DNA of 45,187 nt from assembly GCA_023228385.1 (NCBI GenBank), contig JALOBF010000002.1:1-45187 (forward strand). The letters are read 5' to 3'. The stretch comes from Bacilli bacterium. Lineage in GTDB: Bacteria > Bacillota_I > Bacilli_A > ML615J-28 > CAG-698. The position numbers were made by a program, and so were the translations under genes. The notes beneath the pieces are model-generated. The model searched no databases and was not told the DNA's origin. It worked only from the letters and a program-made list of their open reading frames with translations. The number at the start of each line of letters is the position of its first letter. Position 1 is the stretch's first letter. Of this stretch, positions 8,110 to 15,086 are shown one piece after another.

Positions 8110-9802
8110 AATAGTTCATGATAATAGGAACGATCATTGGTCTTTTTTCCGTTTTATCATATATATAATTGGATAATTCATGAGTGATGAGGTTAGTCAG
8201 ATAATTTGTATGAAACCGCTTGGTATTATTTAAATAATCAGTATATACTTTTTCTGCATGTCTTTCTATTTCAGAAAGGAGTTTTTCTGAATCTTTAAGA
8301 TAAATAAAGCCACGACTAATGATATTAGGCTTTTTAGTCAATTTGCGGTTTTTTGCAGTAAAAATCACTGAAAGCATACCGTCATCAGAAAGAATCTTTC
8401 TTTCTTTGATAATACTGTTGTCAATATCAAATTTATCCGAATCAATATAGATGCTTCCGGATTGGACAGCATAATGGGAAAACACTTTACTGTCGGTAAA
8501 AGTAAGGACCTCGCCGTTATCCAAGACATGACAGTTTTCAAAAGCGACACCGGTTTCGACTGCTAATTGGGCGTGTCGTTTAAGCATTGAATAAACACCG
8601 TGAATTGGCATAAAGTGTTTTGGCTTTGTTAGCGAAAGCATAATCATTAATTCTGTTTCGCTGGCATGTCCCGAAGTATGGGTGTCGGTAAGAGGACTAT
8701 TAACAATAACGTTGCTTCCTGCTTGATATAATTTATTGATTGTACGATTAATTGCTTCTTGGTTACCGGGAATTGGCGAAGATGAAAAAACAATGGTATC
8801 TCCGGGAATAATTTTTATATGGACATGGCTTCCGTCGGCAATTCGCGATAATGCCGCTAGCGGTTCGCCTTGCGAACCGGTACTCAATATTGTTATTTTA
8901 TTAGGCGGAAGATTTTTAAATTCTTTAATATTTATAAATGTTCCACGTGGAGCATTAATATATTTGAGTTTTTGACTGACATTAATAGTTTTTTCCATAC
9001 TGCGGCCAAAAACAATTACTTTCCGACCGTGTTGAATGCTGGCGTCGACAATTTGTTTGACACGATGGACATTGGAAGCAAAAGTTGAGATAATAATTCT
9101 CCCTTTAATGTTTCCGAAAATAGCTTTAATACTGTCACCAATCTTTTTTTCTGATGAAGAAAATTTTGTTATATTAGCATTTGTGGAATCAGAAAGCAAG
9201 CATAAAACTCCTTTTTCTGCATAACGGGTTAATTTACCATAGTCGGCATGCTCGACTAATGGATTGAAATCAAATTTAAAATCTCCGGTATGAAGTATGT
9301 ATCCTAATCTGGTTTTAATGGCGATTCCTGATGAGTCTGGAATACTGTGGACAGTCCGGAAAAAGGATACTTCAAAATGATTGAATTTAAAAATAGAATT
9401 ATTATGGTACTCAACAAGGTTAATCGTTATATTTCGGAATTCGGTCATTTTGATTTTTATTAAGCTGACGGCTAGCCCACTGGCATAAACTGCGGGAATT
9501 TTCACATTACGCAGTAAATAAGGAATGCCTCCGATATGGTCTTCATGTCCGTGGGTAATAAAAAGGCCGACAATTTTGTTTTCATTGCTTTTTAAGTAAG
9601 TGTAGTCAGGAATGATGTAGTCAACGCCATAATTATTATCGGGAAACATAATACCGGAATCAATAATAATTATTTCGTTACCGCATTCGATAATATACAT
9701 ATTTTTACCGATTTCATCGAGTCCGCCTAAGGCAAATATTTTAATATTGTCGTCATTAAAATGTTCGATAATCGGACGGTGCTTTTTTGTGTTTTTAGTC
9801 AT
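8108..9802 (-). CDS. rnj: Ribonuclease J (metallo-beta-lactamase / beta-CASP)
   Basis: 564 aa from ATG 9802 (AAGGAG SD; the longer track ORF to 9967 only reads into the intergenic region). HGHEDHIGG motif, beta-CASP and C-terminal domain layout. Confidence 0.92.
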   Translation of the reverse strand: MTKNTKKHRPIIEHFNDDNIKIFALGGLDEIGKNMYIIECGNEIIIIDSGIMFPDNNYGVDYIIPDYTYLKSNENKIVGLFITHGHEDHIGGIPYLLRNVKIPAVYASGLAVSLIKIKMTEFRNITINLVEYHNNSIFKFNHFEVSFFRTVHSIPDSSGIAIKTRLGYILHTGDFKFDFNPLVEHADYGKLTRYAEKGVLCLLSDSTNANITKFSSSEKKIGDSIKAIFGNIKGRIIISTFASNVHRVKQIVDASIQHGRKVIVFGRSMEKTINVSQKLKYINAPRGTFINIKEFKNLPPNKITILSTGSQGEPLAALSRIADGSHVHIKIIPGDTIVFSSSPIPGNQEAINRTINKLYQAGSNVIVNSPLTDTHTSGHASETELMIMLSLTKPKHFMPIHGVYSMLKRHAQLAVETGVAFENCHVLDNGEVLTFTDSKVFSHYAVQSGSIYIDSDKFDIDNSIIKERKILSDDGMLSVIFTAKNRKLTKKPNIISRGFIYLKDSEKLLSEIERHAEKVYTDYLNNTKRFHTNYLTNLITHELSNYIYDKTEKRPMIVPIIMNY

Positions 9803-9844
9803 TTTATTCTCCTTACAAAAAAATATTATGTTTTTAAAGAAAAG

Positions 9845-9873
9845 TTGTTTTTGTTCTCTGTTTATGATAGAAT
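9845..9873 (+). promoter_or_regulatory. Sigma-A promoter with extended -10 for the HAD hydrolase gene
   Basis: TTGTTT (9845-9850), 17 nt, TGaTAGAAT (9865-9873). Confidence 0.45.
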
Positions 9874-9911
9874 TTAGAAAAATATAAAGTATATATGAAA
9901 GTGAGATGATT

Positions 9912-10679
9912 ATGAAATTATTTTTATTTGATATTGACGGAACTTTATTTGACAACCAAAACCGCAAAGTGCATGTTTCAACTATAAACGCACTTCGAAA
10001 ATTAAAACAAAAACATAAAATCGGAATCGCGACAGGTCGAGCTGAATTTATGCTTTATGCAATCAATGAGATAATAGATTTGATAGATTATTTTATTTTA
10101 ATCAACGGTCAAATTGTAAAAGTTAAGAATGAAACTATTTTTTCACAATCGCTTAGCGTAAATTTAATTGAATCGTTAATCAAAGATTTTGAGGAAATGG
10201 ATTTACCATATGGATTTGAAGGCGAAATGGATGAAGCAATAAGCCGGGTGGATGATGGGGTAATCAAATCTTTTGAGGTTTTGGCATTGGAACTTCCACC
10301 TGTAAATAAAAAATATTACCTTGAACGAGAAGTGTTTCAGTTATGGGTGTTTTGTAAGCCGTCTGAAGCAAAAATATTAGCCCATAAACATCCTGATTTT
10401 CAATTTATCCGGTGGTTTAACCATGGCTATGATGTTCTTCCTGTGACCGCCGCAAAAAGTTTTGGCATTAAAAAACTTACTGAACATCTGGGCATTAGTT
10501 TTAATGAAGTTATAGCCTTCGGTGATGGCGATAATGATTATGAGATGATTGCGGCGGCGGGGATTGGTATTGCTATGGGAAATGCTTCGGAAAAAGTAAA
10601 AAGGGTTGCAGATTACATAACTGATAATGTAAATAAAGACGGAATTTTTAATGCTTTAAAATATTTTAATTTTATATAA
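9912..10679 (+). CDS. Cof-type HAD-IIB phosphatase
   Basis: FDIDGTLF (motif I) and FGDGDNDYEM (motif IV). ATG 9912 is better spaced from AAAGTGAG than ATG 9906. Confidence 0.8.
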   Translation: MKLFLFDIDGTLFDNQNRKVHVSTINALRKLKQKHKIGIATGRAEFMLYAINEIIDLIDYFILINGQIVKVKNETIFSQSLSVNLIESLIKDFEEMDLPYGFEGEMDEAISRVDDGVIKSFEVLALELPPVNKKYYLEREVFQLWVFCKPSEAKILAHKHPDFQFIRWFNHGYDVLPVTAAKSFGIKKLTEHLGISFNEVIAFGDGDNDYEMIAAAGIGIAMGNASEKVKRVADYITDNVNKDGIFNALKYFNFI

Positions 10680-10737
10680 CTTTAAAACGACAAATTTAGA
10701 CCAAATAATAAGTTATTATTTATTTGGGTGAAAAAGT

Positions 10738-11421
10738 ATGATGCCAATAATATTATTAATATGCGCTTTTATATTGGTTTATATGTGTTTATATTATAAA
10801 GTCAATATAAAAACAGTATTCATTTTAAAAATTATTACTAGTTTTTGTTTCGTTGCAATGGGGTTTATAACTTATTTTAAAAGTGAAGCCAATAATAGTA
10901 ATTATCCTGTTTTGATAATTGCGGGACTAATTAGCGGTTTTTTCGGAGATATTGCTTTAGGGCTGCGCCGAGTTAAGCCAAAACGAAAAAATGAATATTT
11001 TATATTGGGAATCATCCTTTTTTTTAGCGGACATATATTTTATGTAGTGGCATTTCTCTCATATGCCGCATATAAACTATATTGGTACTTTATTGTAGGT
11101 ATCATTATTACAATCGTGATTATTATAACAATGAAACTCATTGGAGTCAAATCTAATAAATCAAAATATTTTAATTATTTATATGTTTCGCTTCTATCTT
11201 TAATTGTTGCGATAACATTTTTAAATATGGCTCATGCCTTTACACAAATAAATATAATTCTTGCCATTGGCGCCATATTGTTTATGATATCTGATTTGTT
11301 GCTTTATTTTATTTATTTTGGGGAAACTAGCGTAACAAAGTCTAAAGTAATCAAAATGATAAATATAGTTACATATTATATTGCCCAAATGCTTTTTGCC
11401 CTCAGTATTTACTATTTATAA
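10738..11421 (+). CDS. YhhN-family (lysoplasmalogenase-like) polytopic membrane protein
   Basis: 227 aa, about 7-8 hydrophobic spans. FFGDIALGL and MISDLLLYF resemble the two YhhN signature motifs. Confidence 0.6.
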   Translation: MMPIILLICAFILVYMCLYYKVNIKTVFILKIITSFCFVAMGFITYFKSEANNSNYPVLIIAGLISGFFGDIALGLRRVKPKRKNEYFILGIILFFSGHIFYVVAFLSYAAYKLYWYFIVGIIITIVIIITMKLIGVKSNKSKYFNYLYVSLLSLIVAITFLNMAHAFTQINIILAIGAILFMISDLLLYFIYFGETSVTKSKVIKMINIVTYYIAQMLFALSIYYL

Positions 11422-11444
11422 AAAGGCGATTTGATTCGCCTTTT
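11421..11444. terminator. Bidirectional terminator (YhhN gene / def)
   Basis: AAAAGGCGA (11421-11429) / TCGCCTTTT (11436-11444). Overlaps both stop codons (TAA 11419-11421 and the def stop at 11443-11445). Confidence 0.55.
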
Positions 11445-12033
11445 ATTTTGCTTCATTTTTTTGTTCAATATGTACAGAATAGCTATTTTCCGGTATATAA
11501 AAGGGTTTTTCTCTGTCAATATAATCATAAAATAAAATGCCAAAGAGATGGTCATATTCATGTTGGAAGATAACAGCTACTAAACCTTCCAATTTTAGTT
11601 GTTCTTCTTTTACGGTTTTCGTATCAAAATTAAAAAGTTGTACAACCGTTTTTATTCGTTTATGGCGATGGATTAATCCTTCGACATCTCTGTCAACGGA
11701 AAGACAGCCTTCCCCCTGCGGTAAAAAAGCTTTTTCTTCAGAATGGGATATAATTTTCGGATTGATAACTCCATAATGATGAACTTTTCCTTTTTCATCG
11801 GTCGCAAGAAGGACGAACATTTTTTTTAGCACACCGATTTGAGGGGCGGCTAAGCCGTAAGCAGGCCTTATATCATATTGTTTTATAATTTCATCGTTGT
11901 AACCGTTAATCAAGTATTCATTTATTTTTTCAATGATTTCGATGTCTTCTTGTTGAAGCGGGAGCGAAACCGGTTCTGATTTTTCTCGTAAAATTAAATT
12001 GTCATCTTTGATTATATCCTTGTATAATAACAT
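11443..12033 (-). CDS. def: Peptide deformylase
   Basis: 196 aa with the three PDF motifs GLAAPQIG, EGCLS, QHEYDHL. Confidence 0.92.
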   Translation of the reverse strand: MLLYKDIIKDDNLILREKSEPVSLPLQQEDIEIIEKINEYLINGYNDEIIKQYDIRPAYGLAAPQIGVLKKMFVLLATDEKGKVHHYGVINPKIISHSEEKAFLPQGEGCLSVDRDVEGLIHRHKRIKTVVQLFNFDTKTVKEEQLKLEGLVAVIFQHEYDHLFGILFYDYIDREKPFYIPENSYSVHIEQKNEAK

Positions 12034-12092
12034 ATATATTACCTCTAATATTTATATATATTTTATCATATTAGTAAACTAAATGCAAATGA

Positions 12093-12118
12093 AAAAAGGA
12101 GTTTTAATACTCCTTTTT
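12093..12118 (-). terminator. Terminator downstream of the YjcZ-like micro-ORF
   Basis: 10-bp stem AAAAAGGAGT (12093-12102) / ACTCCTTTTT (12109-12118). On the minus strand it reads GGAGT-loop-ACTCC followed by a run of six T. Confidence 0.6.
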
Positions 12119-12124
12119 CATTAA

Positions 12125-12268
12125 TTAAAATCTTCCGCCGACGGCGGCAGAGCCGATAATTACCAATAAAATGAACAATACAAGGATGAGCGCATATCCA
12201 TAGCCGTAGCCACTTCCCCAGCCACTAGTTGCCGGATATCCGCAGCCGTATCCATATGTTCCGTACAT
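12125..12268 (-). CDS. YjcZ-family tiny sporulation membrane protein (47 aa; absent from the ORF track)
   Basis: Reverse-strand translation [48 protein letters not shown] Gly/Tyr-rich head plus the [14 protein letters not shown] hydrophobic tail is the YjcZ / tiny_TM_bacill pattern. GGAGG 8 nt upstream. Has its own terminator. Confidence 0.7.
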   Translation of the reverse strand: MYGTYGYGCGYPATSGWGSGYGYGYALILVLFILLVIIGSAAVGGRF

Positions 12269-12424
12269 TAATAGTACCTCCTTCCCTTTTTATTCACTTT
12301 AGTATATGAATTGTTTTATTCAATCACCAGTGTATTAACCTAAAAATATTTTTTTTGCGCCGAATCCTAGTGTTTATGATAGAATATTAATGGTGATTGG
12401 TTTAATTCCCAATTTATTGAGTGA

Positions 12425-12718
12425 TTACATAGAAAATTCATTGGGAATTTGATCTTCTTCAACAATAGAATAATCAGAAGTATCACGTATTCTTAAATAA
12501 TTTTCAATTCTGATAATTCGCTTTGCCAGATTATTAATTCTCCTGCGATTTTCTCTTATTTCCATTTGGATCCGATTGCTCTGAATATCGGGATACCAAG
12601 AACTAAGGTTTGGATCAGTCATCTGTGGACCTTGGGGATATGATGAAGGCATAGGGCCGAATCTTTGATCAAAATTATTATATGAATTAAAACGTTGATT
12701 CGCTCTTTTATTAAACAT
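12425..12718 (-). CDS. 97-aa hypothetical protein, possible late-sporulation (coat?) protein
   Basis: ATG 12718 preceded by AAAAGGAGG (the track ORF starts 11 codons upstream with no SD). N/Q/P-rich N-terminal half, basic helical segment EIRENRRRINNLAKRIIRIENYLRI, acidic tail. No family recognised. Confidence 0.55.
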   Translation of the reverse strand: MFNKRANQRFNSYNNFDQRFGPMPSSYPQGPQMTDPNLSSWYPDIQSNRIQMEIRENRRRINNLAKRIIRIENYLRIRDTSDYSIVEEDQIPNEFSM

Positions 12719-12738
12719 TGGAACCTCCTTTTCTAGTT

Positions 12739-12766
12739 TATAATATGGCATAAGAGCCTAAAATGT
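12739..12766 (-). promoter_or_regulatory. Candidate sigma-K-type promoter for the 97-aa gene
   Basis: Minus strand: AC (complement of 12765-12766), 17 nt, CATATTATA (complement of 12739-12747). This is the same 9-mer as upstream of gerE. Caveat: the same bases read TATAAT on the plus strand, 45 nt before rsuA. Confidence 0.3.
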
Positions 12767-12789
12767 GAGTTAAATTACGGTGGTGTTAT

Positions 12790-13497
12790 ATGAGACTTGA
12801 TAAATATTTATCGTATGCATTAAATGTTAGCCGTCGCGATTCGCGGCAAATTATTCGTCTGGGGCGAGTAAAAGTAAACGGTTTTACTACTATAAAAACA
12901 GATTTTTATATTGATGAATATCAAGATGAGATTTTTTTTGACGGAAACCAGTTGGAATATCACGAGTTTATTTATTTAATGATAAATAAACCAAAAGGTT
13001 ATATTACCGCAACGCGGGATTTAGAGTTGCCGACAATTCTCGATTTAATAAAAGATTATAAAAAGTACAATTTATTTATGGCGGGTCGTCTTGATATCGA
13101 TACTGAGGGGTTCGTTTTATTAACCAATGATGGTAATTTTGCTTATAATATTACTAAACCACAGAGCAAATGTGAAAAAAAATATTATTTGGAGACAGAA
13201 GAACAATTCAGCTTGGAAGATGAAAGACTATGTCGCGAAGGTCTTATGATTCGTGATGGGAAAGGCCGCCTTATTAAAACTAAACCGGCCAGGTTGGAGA
13301 TTATTGAAAGCAATAAAGCTTATCTTACAATCTATGAAGGTAAGTACCACCAAATAAAACAGATGTGTCGAATTCTCGGTAAAAAGTTAAAGTACTTAAA
13401 AAGAATAAAAATAGGTCCAATCGATTTGGATTCCGGTTTAAAACCGGGAGAATACCGTTTGCTTACAACAGAAGAAGTAAATAAATTAAAAAATTAA
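12790..13497 (+). CDS. rsuA: RsuA-family 16S rRNA pseudouridine synthase
   Basis: 235 aa. N-terminal S4 domain (MRLDKYLS...RRDSRQIIRLGRVKVNG) and catalytic GRLDIDTEGFVLLTNDG. Confidence 0.85.
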   Translation: MRLDKYLSYALNVSRRDSRQIIRLGRVKVNGFTTIKTDFYIDEYQDEIFFDGNQLEYHEFIYLMINKPKGYITATRDLELPTILDLIKDYKKYNLFMAGRLDIDTEGFVLLTNDGNFAYNITKPQSKCEKKYYLETEEQFSLEDERLCREGLMIRDGKGRLIKTKPARLEIIESNKAYLTIYEGKYHQIKQMCRILGKKLKYLKRIKIGPIDLDSGLKPGEYRLLTTEEVNKLKN

Positions 13498-13544
13498 TTC
13501 ACATTATTCGCCCATAAGAATAAATTATAACGAGGGGGTATATT

Positions 13545-13922
13545 ATGCAATCGAGAATGGATGAGTTTCGTGAGTTTGTAAAAAGGCACCCGAAGATTCG
13601 CGATGATGTTAGAACGGGGAAAAGAACATGGCAAAACATTTATGAAGAATGGGTTATTTACGGTGATAATGATGAACAGTGGGCTAATTACCGGCAGGAG
13701 CCACAAAACAGCAATCCGATTCAGCGCAGCGGCAATAATATTTCTTTGAATGTCGACAGCATTAAAAATATAATAGGTTATATTCAAAAAATTAATCCAG
13801 ATAATTTTAATCGCACTTTAAATTCAATCCAGAAAGTAATACAGATTGCGCAGACAATCGGCCCCAAAAGCACTAATCGGGTACCGTATATTACTACGCC
13901 TTATAGTGATTGGTGGGATTAA
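13545..13922 (+). CDS. YlbD-like putative spore-coat protein
   Basis: 125 aa. MDEFREFVKRHPKIRDDVRTGKRTWQNIYEEWVIYGDNDEQW matches my recollection of the YlbD_coat N-terminus. Followed directly by a YlbE-like gene as in B. subtilis ylbD-ylbE. Confidence 0.55.
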   Translation: MQSRMDEFREFVKRHPKIRDDVRTGKRTWQNIYEEWVIYGDNDEQWANYRQEPQNSNPIQRSGNNISLNVDSIKNIIGYIQKINPDNFNRTLNSIQKVIQIAQTIGPKSTNRVPYITTPYSDWWD

Positions 13923-14153
13923 ATGCGAGATGAAATAGTCGAAAAATTATATAATAACGAGCAGTATCTGGATTACCTGCGTCGTCACCCAAAGTGGTAC
14001 TATTATTTAGATTTGGATCCAAAGTATTTTACCGAATTTGAACGCGTTGTTAAGAAAACGTTAAAAATTACTACATATGATAAACTGGAATCGATAAAAA
14101 GACAAGTCAATTTTGCGAGTGCAATGGTTAAGTACTTTACTAACCCGAAATAA
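13923..14153 (+). CDS. YlbE-like protein
   Basis: 76 aa. ATG abuts the ylbD-like stop (TAAATG). YLDYLRRHPKWYYYL... pattern and pairing with the YlbD-like gene. Confidence 0.5.
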   Translation: MRDEIVEKLYNNEQYLDYLRRHPKWYYYLDLDPKYFTEFERVVKKTLKITTYDKLESIKRQVNFASAMVKYFTNPK

Positions 14154-14366
14154 TTAATCATTTATAATGAAGTATTTTGGACATCAGTTTAATTTTAAAC
14201 ATAAACCTTAATGTTAATTAAAGATTAACCATATACTGATAAATGAGTTTTGGGAAAAGCCAACAAATGATATAATTGAAAAGACTGAGGTCATTAAATT
14301 CGGATAATCTGTTATGCTTTAGACGATAAAACTATATTTATTATTTTGACTGTTAAGTAAAAATGC

Positions 14367-14395
14367 TTGACAGTTTTTTTGTTTAATGGTAAAAT
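14367..14395 (+). promoter_or_regulatory. Sigma-A promoter of the rpsP operon
   Basis: TTGACA (14367-14372), 17 nt, TAAAAT (14390-14395), 29 nt before the rpsP ATG. Confidence 0.5.
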
Positions 14396-14423
14396 ATAAT
14401 GAATTTATCAAGGAGGAATATTT

Positions 14424-14702
14424 ATGGCTGTAAAATTAAGATTGCAGAGATTTGGTTCAAAGAAAAGACCTTACTATCGCGTGGTGGCTACTGATTCACG
14501 TAATCCGCGCGATGGCAGATTTATTGAAATAATCGGCATTTATCAACCGATTGAAAACAATAAATTAAAAATTGATGAAGAAAAAGCACTTGCCTGGTTA
14601 AATAAAGGCGCACAACCAACGGACACGGTAAAATCCTTATTTAGAAAAGTGGGCATTAATGAAAAATATGTACAACAAAAGCAGGTAAGAAAGAATGAAT
14701 AA
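14424..14702 (+). CDS. rpsP: 30S ribosomal protein S16
   Basis: [35 protein letters not shown] is canonical S16. AGGAGG SD. Confidence 0.96.
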   Translation: MAVKLRLQRFGSKKRPYYRVVATDSRNPRDGRFIEIIGIYQPIENNKLKIDEEKALAWLNKGAQPTDTVKSLFRKVGINEKYVQQKQVRKNE

Positions 14703-14946
14703 AATGAATTATGAAAAATTTATGACAGATTTGGTCGGGCCGTTAATCCGCTATCCGGATGAAATGGTTGTGAAGAAATTTGCGGATGAAGACAATAAGA
14801 TAGTTATCCACATAATGGTTAACCCTGAAGATATCGGTCGTATTATCGGTAAAAAAGGAAGAATAATAAATTCGATTCGCACAATTGCTTATGCTTGTGC
14901 TGCCAAAAACGGTAAGAGAATTGAAATATCGGTTGATTCTTTTTAA
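14695..14946 (+). CDS. khpA: KH-domain RNA-binding protein (YlqC/KhpA)
   Basis: About 80 aa. GxxG KH loop [17 protein letters not shown]. Conserved position after rpsP. Start uncertain (ATG 14695, 14704 or 14713). Confidence 0.8.
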   Translation: MNKMNYEKFMTDLVGPLIRYPDEMVVKKFADEDNKIVIHIMVNPEDIGRIIGKKGRIINSIRTIAYACAAKNGKRIEISVDSF

Positions 14947-15017
14947 TTTATAGTTGAAAAACATATTATTATTTATTTAATTAATGAAATACCGGAAAGG
15001 AAAGGAGTGTGCCAATT

Positions 15018-15086
15018 ATGTTACAAATATATATTTATTTGATATCGCAAAAACATTTTATACACACTTCTGATTGCCCATTATGA
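15018..15086 (+). CDS. 22-codon upstream ORF translationally coupled to the metal ATPase (hypothetical leader peptide)
   Basis: AAAGGAG (15001-15007), 10 nt, then ATG 15018. Encodes MLQIYIYLISQKHFIHTSDCPL*. Its TGA (15084-15086) overlaps the ATPase ATG (15083-15085) as ATGA. The ATPase ATG has no SD of its own. Confidence 0.35.
   Translation: MLQIYIYLISQKHFIHTSDCPL

Noticed and set aside
8365-9224. Track ORFs 8365..8550(-), 8736..8975(+), 8870..9088(+), 9036..9224(+) within the RNase J gene
   Set aside because: They are alternative-frame or antisense ORFs inside a gene with unambiguous RNase J motifs. No start signals.
9859-9873. 15-nt exact repeat TGTTTATGATAGAAT (also at 12371-12385) as a dispersed repeat or mobile-element end
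   Set aside because: One exact 15-mer pair is about what chance allows in 45 kb of AT-rich DNA. Both copies are simply extended -10 promoter-like sequence, with no flanking inverted repeats or target duplications.
12300-12308. CATATACTA (minus strand), 32 nt upstream of the YjcZ-like ATG, as a sigma-K -10
   Set aside because: The 9-mer fits CATAnnnTA, but the nearest upstream AC is 21 nt away, not 16-17. Too weak to call from sequence alone.
13513-13522. CATAAGAATA upstream of the YlbD-like gene as a sigma-E/sigma-K -10
   Set aside because: It fits neither CATAnnnTA nor CATACAnT at the critical 3' positions, and there is no suitably spaced -35 element.
13494-13787. 97-aa minus-strand ORF overlapping the YlbD-like gene
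   Set aside because: The plus-strand gene has an SD, family-like sequence and a syntenic partner. The minus ORF has none of these.
14167-14211. 14-codon ORF (MKYFGHQFNFKHKP) in the 270-nt spacer upstream of rpsP, and the spacer itself as a possible ncRNA
   Set aside because: It has no SD. I could find no convincing stem-loops, conserved riboswitch motifs or tRNA-like sequence in 14154-14366. The spacer is most simply AT-rich promoter-upstream DNA.
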